From an uncultured Gemmatimonadales bacterium (GTDB lineage Bacteria; Gemmatimonadota; Gemmatimonadetes; Gemmatimonadales; GWC2-71-9): a stretch of DNA of 64,000 nucleotides. Position numbers and translations under genes: made by a program. Each line of letters begins with the position of its first letter. The stretch's first letter is position 1. The stretch lies in NCBI GenBank assembly GCA_963798915.1, contig CAWCVB010000007.1, forward strand, positions 1-64,000, given 5' to 3'. Below, in pieces: positions 24,329 to 38,500 of this stretch. The notes under the pieces were generated by a model. The model was given only the letters and a program-made list of their open reading frames with translations, made no database searches and was not told the DNA's origin.

Positions 24329-24973
24329 CCGCCATCCATCGTCGACCGTTGACTGTCGACCGTCGACCTTTCTGAAAGCATCCGCTCCATCGCACCAATC
24401 TCTGCCGTCTGGACGGTGACGACATCGTTGGCGAACACGTTCACATCCACGTCCTGCGCGGCGCCAGGCGCGGCCAAGCAGATCCTTGACCATCTGCAGC
24501 GCGCCCTGGTGGTGCTGGATCATCATGGTGAGGAAGGCATGATCGAACGCCGAGCCAGTTGCAGCGTCGAGTTCCTCGAGCTGCGCCGAGGTCAGCATGC
24601 CGGGCATCATCATGGTGCGCCAGGACGAGGTATCCGGGGCCGCCTGGCCATTGCGCACCAGCCACTCCTGCATGATGTGGATCTCCGCCACCTGCGACTG
24701 GCCGATCTTGGTGGCGAGCCGCAGCAGCCGGGCGTCGGCATGGTGCGCCGCCGCCATCCGGGCCATGTGGATGGCCTGCGCATGGTGGGCGATCATGCCC
24801 TGCATGAACTCGACGTCGGGCACCGTATAGAGGGCACCCTTGGGAATGGTGATGTGGCTGTGGCCGGCCATGCCCGAATCGGAGTCCTGCGCCCATGCGG
24901 CGGCAGGCGGTGCGGTGAGCGAGGCCAGGATGGCGAGTGCAGCGACAGTCGCGGAAAGACGAGAGGAATTCAC
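24325..24973 (-). CDS. DUF305 ferritin-like secreted protein, frameshift near 24475
   Basis: DVEFMQGMIAHHAQA, FLTMMIQHHQGA; corrected frame ..QTAEIGAMERML reads through the heptamers to TAG at 24325. Confidence 0.85.
24340..24367 (-). repeat. Heptamer CGTYGAC, 4 copies, inverted relative to 23828-23897
   Basis: cgtcgac cgttgac tgtcgac cgtcgac. Confidence 0.9.
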
Positions 24974-25174
24974 GAGTCTGCCGGGTCGGTGAGCAGCATG
25001 GAAGAAAGTTAGTCAAACGCGCCAGGGAAGTGGCCGGCGCGGCGGAGACAACTGCCAACACAGAGGCGCAGAGTCGCAAAGCACACGGAGGGCTCGGCAT
25101 CCAGGCAGCTTCCGCTGGCGTCTTTGCGTTTGTAGTTCCCAGTCACGTTACGGCGTTTGCAGTCGGCACGCGAG

Positions 25175-25639
25175 CTACCGCCTCGACCCTCGGCTCCTGG
25201 GGACCGCGTGGCGCGTGTTGTATGCCACTGCTTCCCGCAGCAACGCCTTGAGCGCGGGCTTGTCCAGCTTGTCACCCTCGCGGACGTCGATCGCCCGCCA
25301 TTTGCCTCCCGCCAGGCCGGCGTTGAAGAGCTTCCCCGGATCAACAAGCTGAGCGCCGTGAAAAAACGTCACCTTCACCTTGTCCTTGTGCGCGTTGGCA
25401 AGGACATACATCCCCTCGTGCGACCAGACAGGCGTGCCCATCCACTTCCAGTCCTCGACCACGTCGGGATCCACCTCGTGGATGAGGGCGCGGATATCGG
25501 CCAGTCTGGCACCACGCCAATCGTCCAGACTCGCGATCAGCTGGTCAATCCGCTGTGGGGCAGCCAGCGCCACGGCCTTCGCCGACTTCTTCGCAGGACG
25601 CTTCCCTGTCGCAACCTTCGCCCTTGACTTGCCAGGCAT
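25175..25639 (-). CDS. DUF1801 protein
   Basis: DWRGARL, VVEDWKWMGTPVWSHEG, KVTFFHGA. Confidence 0.88.
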   Translation of the reverse strand: MPGKSRAKVATGKRPAKKSAKAVALAAPQRIDQLIASLDDWRGARLADIRALIHEVDPDVVEDWKWMGTPVWSHEGMYVLANAHKDKVKVTFFHGAQLVDPGKLFNAGLAGGKWRAIDVREGDKLDKPALKALLREAVAYNTRHAVPRSRGSRR

Positions 25640-25678
25640 TGTGTCTGCTCCGGAACTGCGGTGACGTCACTCGCTCGG

Positions 25679-26110
25679 TTATGCTGCTTCCACCAGCGCC
25701 TGCAGGCCGTCGAACATCTGGTTCCAGCCGGCCTGGGACTGCGCCTGCGCTGGGCCGGTCAGGCCCTCGTGTGTGAGTATGAGCTCGGTGCCGCTTCCGT
25801 GCGGCTCGAACTGTACGGTGACGACGCCCTTGTTGGCGTCATCGCCCTCCATCGCCCAGGAGAATTTCAGGAGCGAGGGTTTCTCGACCCGCTGGAAGGT
25901 GCCGTAAAGCCGGATGGACATGCCGTTGTCCCAGCTCATCTGCACCCGCACCTCGCCACCTTCGCGCACGTCGAGCGCGAGCACCTCGGTGCTGCTCGCG
26001 CGCACACCCATCCAGCGCGCCATTTCGGCGGGGTTCTCGAACGCCCTGAACACGCGCTCGGGCTGTGCCTTGAATATCCGCCTGACCGTGACTGCCTGTG
26101 AAGCCATCAT
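25679..26110 (-). CDS. SRPBCC/AHSA1-like protein
   Basis: RRIFKAQPERVFRAF, LDVREGG, TELILTH, GWNQ. Confidence 0.9.
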   Translation of the reverse strand: MMASQAVTVRRIFKAQPERVFRAFENPAEMARWMGVRASSTEVLALDVREGGEVRVQMSWDNGMSIRLYGTFQRVEKPSLLKFSWAMEGDDANKGVVTVQFEPHGSGTELILTHEGLTGPAQAQSQAGWNQMFDGLQALVEAA

Positions 26111-26445
26111 GCATTCCTCTCCTCTTGGCCGTCAACAATGTCTGCAAGGGCCGACAGGCTGTCGGTCCAGAAGCCGCGGTAGAACGACACCCAGTCTTCG
26201 ACCTGCCGCAGCGGCTTCGGCTGCAGCCGGACGCGGGTTGCCCTGCCTTCCGGCACCTTCACCACCAGTCCGGCCGCTTCCAGCACGTGCAGGTGCTTGG
26301 ACACCGCCTGCTTGGACATGGCGAACGGCTTGGCCAGGTCCTTCACCAGCGCGCCGCCGCTGGCCAGCCGACGCAGCATCGCGCGCCGGGTGGTGTCGGA
26401 CAGGGCGTGAAAGACGGAATCGAGTCGGGGGCTTGGGGCAACCAT
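26107..26445 (-). CDS. ArsR/SmtB family regulator
   Basis: LDSVFHALSDTTRR, MSKQAVSKHLHVLEAAGLV. Confidence 0.92.
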   Translation of the reverse strand: MVAPSPRLDSVFHALSDTTRRAMLRRLASGGALVKDLAKPFAMSKQAVSKHLHVLEAAGLVVKVPEGRATRVRLQPKPLRQVEDWVSFYRGFWTDSLSALADIVDGQEERNA

Positions 26446-26496
26446 GGAGAAGAAGATAGGGCGCCAAGCGCGATTGTCAACTAGGTGGTTGTCAAT
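26446..26496 (-). promoter_or_regulatory. arsR promoter and operator
   Basis: TTGACA-16-TATCTT, 7 nt from ATG; imperfect palindrome ATTGTCAAC-N6-GTTGTCAAT at 26473-26496. Confidence 0.55.
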
Positions 26497-26617
26497 CTGG
26501 CAATCGGAGCGACATGGGCGGGAGCGCAGGGCTCATTGGACCAGCGTCAGTGATCCACTTACTGGATCTGGACTGGACCACTTCAGCGCGCTGTTTCGCT
26601 ATCTTGGAGGGGATCCC

Positions 26618-28102
26618 ATGCCCAAACAGACGACCCAGTTACCCCTCACGCTTCCACCGCGGGCACCGCGCCAGGCCGCCACCAGATGGCTGTACGATGC
26701 GCTTCGCGGAGCAATCCTGGACGGACGGCTCGCCTCCGGCGCGCGTCTCCCTGCCACTCGGCATCTCGCACGGGACTACGGACTCGCGCGGGGCACGGTG
26801 GTGGTGGCGTTCGATCAGCTCGAGGCCGAGGGGTATGTACACTCCCGGCCCGGCTCCGGCACGTACGTGAGCACGGGGTTGCCCGACCACCTGCTGGAGG
26901 TGGAGAAGAGGCCCGGCGGCACGGCGTCGGTACCGTCCGGCCACCGCCTCTCGGCGTTCGCACGTCGGGCGGTGCCATTCCGCACCTTCACTGGCCGGCG
27001 GGTGCGGGCTTTCCTCGCCAACCAGCCCGCTCTCGATCTCTTTCCTACCGCCCTCTGGGCGCAGGTGGCCGGGCGCCAGCAGCGCATGGCGACGATGGAT
27101 CATCTGCGCGGGTCCGCCCCGTTCGGCTATCCCCCCCTTCAGCGAGCCGTGGCGACGTACCTCGCCACCTCGCGTGGCGTGCAGTGTACTCCCGACCAGA
27201 TTGCCATCGTGTCGGGGGTTCAGGAGGCCGTGCATCTCGCGCTGACCCTGGTGGTTGATCCGGGTGATCGTGTTGCCATCGAAAATCCCGGGTATCCCGG
27301 GGCATCATGCATCGCCGAGGCCATGGGCGCGAAGCTGGTGCGACTTCCCGTCGATGGTGAAGGCCTGGTCCTCCACCCGAAACGGATGGAAGGGGTGCGC
27401 TTCGTCTATGTGACGCCGGCGCACCAGTACCCGCTCGGTGTCACCATGAGCATCACTCGCCGGCTCGCCCTGCTCGAGTGGGCCCGGAGCGCCAGCGCCC
27501 TGATTTTCGAGGACGACTACGACAGCGAGTACCGCTTCTGGGGGCAGCCGACGCCGGCTCTGCAGGGGCTCGATCCGTATGGCGTCACGCTCTTTGCCGG
27601 CAGTTTCAACAAGGTGCTGTTCCCCTCCCTGCGACTCGGCTACCTCGTCGTGCCGCCCGATCTGGTCGAGCCCGCGAGTGCGGTCCTGTCGCTCACGACG
27701 CGACATGCGCCCCTGCTGGATCAGCTCACGCTGACCGACTTCATCGAGAGCGGCCACTTTGGCCGGCACCTCAGGCGCATGCGTCAGGTCTACGCCGAGC
27801 GCTGGGCGGTGCTGGCGGAGTGTGCTGAGCAGGAACTGACCGGCCTGCTGGATGTTTCTCGAGTCGAGGCCGGGCTCCAGACGGTGGGACGGTTGCCGCC
27901 GAGGGTCAGCGCGCACGACGTTGTGCGCGCTGCGGGCGAACGCGATCTCGAACTGATGGCGTTGCCGCGTGCAGGTGCGATGACTGCCGATTACCTGATG
28001 CTGGGGTTCGCCGCCATTGAACCCGATCGTATTCGCCGCGGCGTGCGCGAACTGGCTGCCGTCCTGGAAGAGCAGTGCGTCAGTCCACGTTCTCCTGGAT
28101 GA
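26618..28102 (+). CDS. MocR/GabR family PLP-dependent regulator
   Basis: wHTH RLPATRHLA, YVTPAHQYPLG, IFEDDYDSEY, GSFNKVLFPSLRLG; TGGAY direct repeats upstream (26537-26581). Confidence 0.93.
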   Translation: MPKQTTQLPLTLPPRAPRQAATRWLYDALRGAILDGRLASGARLPATRHLARDYGLARGTVVVAFDQLEAEGYVHSRPGSGTYVSTGLPDHLLEVEKRPGGTASVPSGHRLSAFARRAVPFRTFTGRRVRAFLANQPALDLFPTALWAQVAGRQQRMATMDHLRGSAPFGYPPLQRAVATYLATSRGVQCTPDQIAIVSGVQEAVHLALTLVVDPGDRVAIENPGYPGASCIAEAMGAKLVRLPVDGEGLVLHPKRMEGVRFVYVTPAHQYPLGVTMSITRRLALLEWARSASALIFEDDYDSEYRFWGQPTPALQGLDPYGVTLFAGSFNKVLFPSLRLGYLVVPPDLVEPASAVLSLTTRHAPLLDQLTLTDFIESGHFGRHLRRMRQVYAERWAVLAECAEQELTGLLDVSRVEAGLQTVGRLPPRVSAHDVVRAAGERDLELMALPRAGAMTADYLMLGFAAIEPDRIRRGVRELAAVLEEQCVSPRSPG

Positions 28103-28111
28103 ACTGGCCCC

Positions 28112-29140
28112 TCAAGTGCACCAGGCGGGGGCGTCCGCCGCGGCCGCCCGGACAGCATCCCGCGGCGACCCACCCCATTCGCCAGCCCACGCACGCCGCA
28201 ACTGGAGCGCCGATCGGAAGCCGGCAACCTCCGCGGCACGGGTAACACTCGCACCTCCCTCCAGCACCTGGCGCGCCCGCTCCAGCCGGATCGACCGCAG
28301 GTAATGCAGCGGAGAAACGCCGGCGTGCTCCATGAAGAGTCTGAGCAGGTGACGCTCGGTGGCATGGGCTACGCCCGCGAGCGCCGGCATGTCCCAGCGC
28401 TGCTGGGGCTCGGCGAGGATGGCATCCTGCACCCGGTGCACCGCGGCATGCAGGTGCCGGCGGTATATCAGAAAAGGTGAGAGCTCGGGGTCACGCGGCG
28501 AGCGGCGAAGATAAACCACCATGTCCTCGGCGACGCTGGCGGCCAGCGATTCGCCGCATTCCTCGGCGATCAGGTGCAGCGCAAGGTCGATCCCCGCGGT
28601 AATGCCCGCACTCGTTGCCAGCGGCCCATCCACAATGAAGACGCGATTATCGACCACCTTGGCCTGCGGCTCCAGCACCCGTAGCCGCTCAAGCAGGTCA
28701 TGATGGGTCGTGCACTGGCGGCCCGCGCACAGTCCCGCCCGCGCGGCAAGCAGCGCCCCCGAGCAGATGCCGAGCACCCGGTGCGAGGTGGTCGCGGCAC
28801 CGAAGCACTTGCCGAACATCGCCTTGAGCCAGGCCGCGGTAGCTGCTATCGCCGGTGTGACCGGAAGCAGGCGCGCGGTCGGCTGCCCGGCCAGCAGCAC
28901 CCATGAGGGCGTGGTAAGTCGGCCTGGCAACGCCTCGAGGTCGGCCACGCTCAGGCCTACGGAGGTCCTCACCTCGGAGCGGGGACCGACGAAGCGAAGC
29001 CGGAACCGTGGCGGCTGGCCACGCGCGTGCCGATGCAGGTCGGCCAGGCGGAACGCCTCTGCCGGCCCGGCGACGTCGAGCAGCAGCGAGTGCGGCGTGA
29101 CGACGAAGAGGAGCTCGATCGGGTGGTCGCGAGCGATCAT
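28112..29140 (-). CDS. GlxA/FtrA family AraC regulator (DJ-1 plus AraC)
   Basis: LLDVAGPAEAF, ICSGA, TSAGITAGIDLAL, RLERARQVL. Confidence 0.92.
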   Translation of the reverse strand: MIARDHPIELLFVVTPHSLLLDVAGPAEAFRLADLHRHARGQPPRFRLRFVGPRSEVRTSVGLSVADLEALPGRLTTPSWVLLAGQPTARLLPVTPAIAATAAWLKAMFGKCFGAATTSHRVLGICSGALLAARAGLCAGRQCTTHHDLLERLRVLEPQAKVVDNRVFIVDGPLATSAGITAGIDLALHLIAEECGESLAASVAEDMVVYLRRSPRDPELSPFLIYRRHLHAAVHRVQDAILAEPQQRWDMPALAGVAHATERHLLRLFMEHAGVSPLHYLRSIRLERARQVLEGGASVTRAAEVAGFRSALQLRRAWAGEWGGSPRDAVRAAAADAPAWCT

Positions 29141-29347
29141 TTCAGGACATGGCCTCGGGAGCAAACGGAAGCATAGGTCCCCTTCGGGCTTGAGGGAATG
29201 GATGACGCGTTCCCGAAGTCCGAAAGTGATCGAAAGTCGTCGGCCCAGGCGCCCGACAGGATGCGCGGCGGCCGGTATCTTTTGCCGTCTTCACCGTGCC
29301 CGGGCAAGGAGCGCCCGCCTGCGGTCGCCACTTTCCCGACAAGAGGC

Positions 29348-31435
29348 ATGTTCATGTTCCTCACTGCGTCCACCGGCGGCTCTCGATTGCGCCTGGGAAG
29401 GTCGTTCTGGGCGGCTGCACTCGGTGTTGCGAGCCTGACCGCAGGGCCCAGCGCATGCGCCGAACCGCACGGGTCCGTCCTTGAAGCGAGCGTGGATTCG
29501 ACCGTCGCACCGGGCGACGACTTCTTTGCGTACGCCAACGGCGCATGGCTCAAGGCCACCAGCATCCCGGCCGGCCGGGAGCGCTGGGGAGCCCGGGAGG
29601 AAATTCAGGCGCGGACGCGCGAGCAGGTCGCCGCCGTGCTCGAGCAGGCGCGCACGGCGCCGGCGGAATCGTCCGCACGCAAGCTCGCCGACTTCCGGGT
29701 CGCCTACCTGGACCAGGCCACGATCGACGCCAGGGGTCTCGCGCCCCTGAAGCCGCTCTTCGACAGCATTGATCAGGTGCAGGACCGGACGGCGCTCACG
29801 CGGTTCCTGGGCCGCGGCATGCAGGCTGATGTCGATCCGCTCAATTGGGGTATTTACCGATCGTCGCAGTTGCTCGGCCTCTCGGTAGAGGAAGGCAACA
29901 ACGGCGAACCTGCCTACGTCGCGTTTCTGGTACAGGGAGGGCTCGGTCTTCCCGATCGGGACAACTACATCAGCACCGAGCCGGCCATGGTCGCGCTGCG
30001 AGCAAAGTACCAGGACTATGTCGGTCGGATGCTGGCGCTGGCCGGCTTTGATCACGCCGATGAACGGGCTGGCGGCGTTGTGGATCTGGAGACCGCGATC
30101 GCCCGGAGCCAGGCATCGCGCGAGGCGTCAGCCCAGGACCGCAACGCCGACAATCTCTGGACCCGCGCCGACTTTGCGCGCCGGGCCCCGGGCATGGACT
30201 GGTCCGCATTCTTCGAGGCAGCAGGATTGTCCGGTCAGCAGCAGTTCATTGCCTGGCAACCGGGCGCCATCACCGGACTGGCGGCGCTGGTCGGCTCGCG
30301 CCCGCTGTCTGCTTGGCAGGACTACCTGCGCTTCCATGCGCTCGATCACTACGCGGATGTCCTGCCGCACGAGTTTCAGGAACAGGCGCGGGCGCTGCGC
30401 CAGGCGGCCGGCATGACCTCGGCCGCCGAGGGTTCGCGCGCCGACCGCGCGATTGCTGCAACCCAGGCGGCCATGGGTGAAGCACTGGGGCGATTGTATG
30501 CCGAGCGCTACTTCTCCGCCGCGCAGAAGGCGCGGGTGCGGAACGTCGTGGCCAATGTGGTCGAGGCCTTTCTCCATCGGGTGGAAGCGGCGAACTGGAT
30601 GTCACCTGCCACAAAGGCGCTGGCCCTGCAGAAGGTGCGCAGTCTGTACATCGGCATCGGGTATCCGGAGCGATGGCAGGACTATTCCGACCTGAACGTG
30701 GACCCACGCGATGCCCTGGGCAATCTGCAGCGTGCCGAGGCGCGGACGTACCGTCATGCCCTGGCCCGGCTTGGTCGTCCGGTCGACCGGACCGAGTGGC
30801 TGATGATGCCACAGATGCCGGGCGCGATCCTGGTGTTCCAGCTGAACGCCTATGACTTCACCGCGGCGCTGCTGCAGCCACCCAAATTCGACTCCACGGC
30901 ATCAGAGGCGGCGACCTACGGCGCGATCGGGGCCATCATCGGCCATGACGTCACCCATTATGTGGATGTGCTGGGGGCGGAGTACGAGCTTGACGGCCGG
31001 GCGCATCGCTGGTGGACGCAGGAGGACTCGTCCCGATTCCAGGCGGTGGCCGCGCCCCTGGTGGACCAGTTCTCCGCCTACCACCCGTTTCCGGACCTCG
31101 CCATTGACGGCCAGCGAACCCGCACCGAAAACGTAGCGGACCTTGCCGGCCTGGCCGCCGCTTTCGATGCGTACCGGGCCACCATCAGCGACCGGATCAA
31201 TGACCAGGCGTTTGTCCGTCGGCAGGATCGCGAGTTTTTCATTGCATTTGCGCAGGGATGGCGCAGCCGGCTGACTGACAGCGCGATGAGAGCGCAGGTG
31301 GCTTCAGATCCACATCCACCTGACCGGTATCGGGTAGCGGTTGTACGAAACCTGGATGCCTGGTACAAGGCGTTCGACGTCCAGCCCGGTCAGCAGCTCT
31401 ACCTGGCGCCCGACAAGCGGGTGCGCATCTGGTGA
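29348..31435 (+). CDS. M13 neprilysin/PepO family protein with altered catalytic motif
   Basis: PGDDFFAYANG, QGGLGLPDR, IGYPERW, GAIIGHDVTH, ENVAD, DPHPP. Confidence 0.9.
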   Translation: MFMFLTASTGGSRLRLGRSFWAAALGVASLTAGPSACAEPHGSVLEASVDSTVAPGDDFFAYANGAWLKATSIPAGRERWGAREEIQARTREQVAAVLEQARTAPAESSARKLADFRVAYLDQATIDARGLAPLKPLFDSIDQVQDRTALTRFLGRGMQADVDPLNWGIYRSSQLLGLSVEEGNNGEPAYVAFLVQGGLGLPDRDNYISTEPAMVALRAKYQDYVGRMLALAGFDHADERAGGVVDLETAIARSQASREASAQDRNADNLWTRADFARRAPGMDWSAFFEAAGLSGQQQFIAWQPGAITGLAALVGSRPLSAWQDYLRFHALDHYADVLPHEFQEQARALRQAAGMTSAAEGSRADRAIAATQAAMGEALGRLYAERYFSAAQKARVRNVVANVVEAFLHRVEAANWMSPATKALALQKVRSLYIGIGYPERWQDYSDLNVDPRDALGNLQRAEARTYRHALARLGRPVDRTEWLMMPQMPGAILVFQLNAYDFTAALLQPPKFDSTASEAATYGAIGAIIGHDVTHYVDVLGAEYELDGRAHRWWTQEDSSRFQAVAAPLVDQFSAYHPFPDLAIDGQRTRTENVADLAGLAAAFDAYRATISDRINDQAFVRRQDREFFIAFAQGWRSRLTDSAMRAQVASDPHPPDRYRVAVVRNLDAWYKAFDVQPGQQLYLAPDKRVRIW

Positions 31436-31725
31436 GCCATACCGGCTCCGCTCTGGAAGGTGACGCTCAAACCCGAGGGCCGCTGAGGCTACGTCCCGCT
31501 CGCGGTCGCGCGGTCAGGACTCCTTGCCGTATCGGAGCACTCGATAGGCGACCTCGGGTCCGCCCGCTCCTTCGTAGGCGAGCTGAGCGACCATGAGCGA
31601 GAAGGGTTCGATGTACCGGGCAATCCGCAACGGCAGCACACCATGGGCGCTGTGCGAAATTGCCATGAAGTGCGTGACCTGGGTAGGGGACTGCGCTAGA
31701 CGATGCGAAGGGCAACGGCCGCGCA

Positions 31726-35040
<3,315 letters not shown>

Positions 35041-35248
35041 CTACACCGCAGAGCGGATGGCGCGATGATCAATGGCACTCACCTCAGTCTTTAATTTGCG
35101 GGGCTGCTGATCCGCCTGGCGCCGGCTTCGTGCCGAAGCAGCCACTCCTTGCGCTCGAGGCCACCGGCATATCCTGTCGGACGTGCGTCAGCGCCGATCA
35201 CTGCGTCGCTTTGTTTCTTGCGACTCACGTGAGGCATTAGCTTTCACC

Positions 35249-35440
35249 ATGACCCGCATCGCTACCATCACCTGCCCGCACTGCGGCGCGCAGCGGACGG
35301 GTGAAATTCCGTCGGATGCCTGCGTCGTCCGCTGGACCTGCCCCGCATGCCGCCATGAGGTCCGTCCCATCGCCGGTCACTGCTGCGTTTTCTGTTCCCA
35401 TAGTGACCAGGACTGCCAGTTGCACTCGTCGGAGATGTGA
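35249..35440 (+). CDS. GDCCVxC domain small Cys-rich protein
   Basis: ITCPHCG..DAC..CPAC..GHCCVFCS. Confidence 0.8.
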   Translation: MTRIATITCPHCGAQRTGEIPSDACVVRWTCPACRHEVRPIAGHCCVFCSHSDQDCQLHSSEM

Positions 35441-35539
35441 CGGCGCGTCTGTCGCGGTTCTGGGGCGGCGCTGTTCCGTCCCGATGGCAGCGGCCAGGCC
35501 GCGTCGCAGGCTCCCATGACTGGTGAGAATGGAGTGAGG

Positions 35540-38500
35540 TTACTCCGGCGCGCCCAAGGCGAGCCGCTGAGCCGACGCCCGCGCCTCTTGCACCATGGGC
35601 TGCAGTTCGGGATCGGCATTACGCCAGGCCGATGCGAAGAACTCGAACTCCGATTGCGCCTCCGCCAGCCGGCCGGTCCGCTCGTAGAGCCGCGCCAGCT
35701 GCAGGTGAGCCAGCGGTACATTCCAGAGCGACTGGAAGGCCAGTTCAGCCGTATCCAACCGGTTCAACTTGAGTGCGACGCGGCCCAGGCCCCATTCCGC
35801 CAGCGTCGAGATGAACCGGTCCTCGAGATTATTTGCCAGCACGTCCTGAAAGCCGCGCATCGCTGCGGTGGCATCGCCGTGCCGCCACCGCGCGAACGCG
35901 TCGGCGAAGCGGACCGCCTCGCCCCACCGGTAGGCGGTGATGCTGTCGCCCGATGTGAGAGCGTGCCGAAGCTGTTGGCGGGCACCCGACAACAATACCG
36001 CATGGGCCTCCCATTGCGCCCGGTTGGCCGCATCGATGAGAGCGCATTGGATTCGGCGGGTATCATCGGCGGGAGTCTCGGTGGTCCGTGACGCGAGCTT
36101 CATCGCCAAGAACAGGGATGGGACCGGAAATTCAAACGTGGCCAGCGCGGCGACCCCACAGCCCCATGAGGTGGTACGACCCCTGGGGTCGTCCGTCACC
36201 GCGAGCGCCTGTCGCAGTCGTCCGTCAATTTGGGCCAGGGCGTAGAAATGCCCGTTCAGGACCGTCGGCAGCGCACTTCCCAGGCGCGGGATCAGCAGGG
36301 GTAGCACCGCCTCACGTTCACGCGCAAATCTGGGATGCTGCAGGTGGTCGAAGACCATCCCGGCGGTGGGGGAGTCGAGCGAATCGAGCGTTTGGCGTGC
36401 GCTGGCCTTCGCGGGCCCCTGGCCAAAGGTCAATGCGAAGGCGAGTTGGGCCGCCCGGGTGCGAGCTGCACCCGGCGCCAGCCGTTCATATGCTTCGACC
36501 TGCTGGGCGATGTGCGCACTGTCTGGCTGCCATACGAAGGCGAGATCCAGCAGGTGCGCCCGAAATGGAGCCGACGTCGGCTGGAGTTCGCTGGCACGCG
36601 TGAGGGCGCGCACCGCTTTTTCGGGCCCCCCGGCCGTCCCCCGGTCGTGAAAGTAGGCGTCTCCCAGCTCATACCACAGTTGGGCGTCATCGGGATATTT
36701 CCGCACGGCTGCCTCGAGCATGGCGACGCCGGCTTGCCTTCCCTGCCAGCGGATCCAGACCGCCCGGGCCAGACTGGCCTCACGAGGAGATAGTCGGCTG
36801 GCCAACCGGTAGGCGACGGCTCGTGCCTCCACTGCACGGGTCTCATGTGCGCTCTCATCCCACGCATACGCCTCGCCCAGGCGGCTGTAGGCCAGCGCAA
36901 AAAGCGTGTCGCTGGCCACGGCACGTTCCCAGGCGGAGGTCGCACCGTTGAAATCCGAGCGGCGGAACCGCGCCTCCCCCTCCAGATAGGCCTTGAGCGC
37001 GCTCAGTGAGGACGTCGTAATACCGGCCAGGTTGATGCCAGGAAGCTCACCTGGATCCCGGTCGAGGATCATGGCCAGCGTCTGCATCCCGAGACGGTCG
37101 GCCAGGACGAGCATGCTGTCCGCCGGCCCTTCCACCTGTAATTGACCGAGAGAGCGATCGCCCTGCAGGTCATGAATGTCTACCAGGAGGCGGACCTGCG
37201 GGCCCGCCACGATGGCAGTACCAATCAGCGCGTAGCGCGCGCCGGTACGACGGGCCACCTCGAGCTTGCTGCTCAGCTCGGTAACGCCGCGATCTCCTCC
37301 TGCCTTGTTCCAGCGGGCCAGGAGCGCTCCCACGCTTGCAGTGCGGAGGCCTGCGGCGCCATCCAGCCCGGTCGAGAGCAGGTCCATCATGCCCTCGCGC
37401 CACAGGTCAAGTCCATCCCCGTACACTCTGAAGGGCAGCACCGCGATGGCGGGGGCCGGGACGTCAGCGACGACGGGTGAATTCGACCTGCCGACCCGCC
37501 ACAGGGCGAAGGACGCGGCGGCCACCAGTGCAATGAGTGTTACAGTGACAGCGGCCCGGCCCCGACCGGTCCGGAACGCCAGGCGGAGCCGGCGGGCCAC
37601 CCCCGCAGCGGGCACCGACGTAAGATCGAGCAGGAGCTGGCTGACGCTCTGGTACCGATCCTCGGGACGCTTCTCGAGCAGCCGCATCACGATCTGGCTG
37701 AGCGACTCGGGGACCGTCGGCACCCGCCGGTTGGGTGGCTCCGGTCGGTCATGCAGGATGGACTGGATGACCGCGCGGTCGTTGCCAGCGGCAAATGGCC
37801 TCGCGCCCGTCAGCATTTCATAGAGTACGACCCCAAGACTCCAGAGATCGGTGCGTACGTCCACCTGGTCGCCGCGCGTCTGCTCCGGCGACATGTAGGC
37901 AATGGTGCCGGGCGTCACGCCGGGGCGGGTGCGACTCACGTCCACGGCCTTGGCAAGGCCAAAGTCCAGGAGTCTCGGAATCCCGTCGGACGCCAGCATG
38001 ATGTTCCCTGGCTTCACGTCGCGGTGAACGATGCCCCGGGCGTGAGCAGCGCCGAGGCCCCGGGCGATCTGCACCGCGACATCGCGCGCCTCCTCAACGG
38101 CCAGCGGTCCCCGCCGGAGCCGCTGCTGCAGGGTCTCGCCATCGTAACAGGCCATGGCGATGAATGGCTGGCCGCCAGTGGTTTCGCCAACCTCATGGAC
38201 GGTGCAGACGTTGGGATGCTCCAGCGCTGCGGCAGCCCGGGCCTCGCCCAGCAGTCGCTCCTCGTCCGCCAGGCCGCCGTCCAGGTGATCGGGCAGCAGC
38301 TTCAGGGCGACGTCGCGATTCAATCGCGAATCTCGGGCCCGATAGACGGTGCCCATCCCACCCGAGCCGATGTGTTCGAGAATCGTGTAGCGGCCGACCA
38401 TGTCACCCGGGGACAATCCAGGTGCAATGAAATGACCGGACGCAGACGAGCCGACCACTTCGCCCAATCGCTCAAAGAAGGCCTCGGCTGGCGCGACATG

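Noticed and set aside
31514..31700. Small minus-strand ORF after the GH2 gene
   Set aside because: No recognisable motif or RBS; cannot be supported
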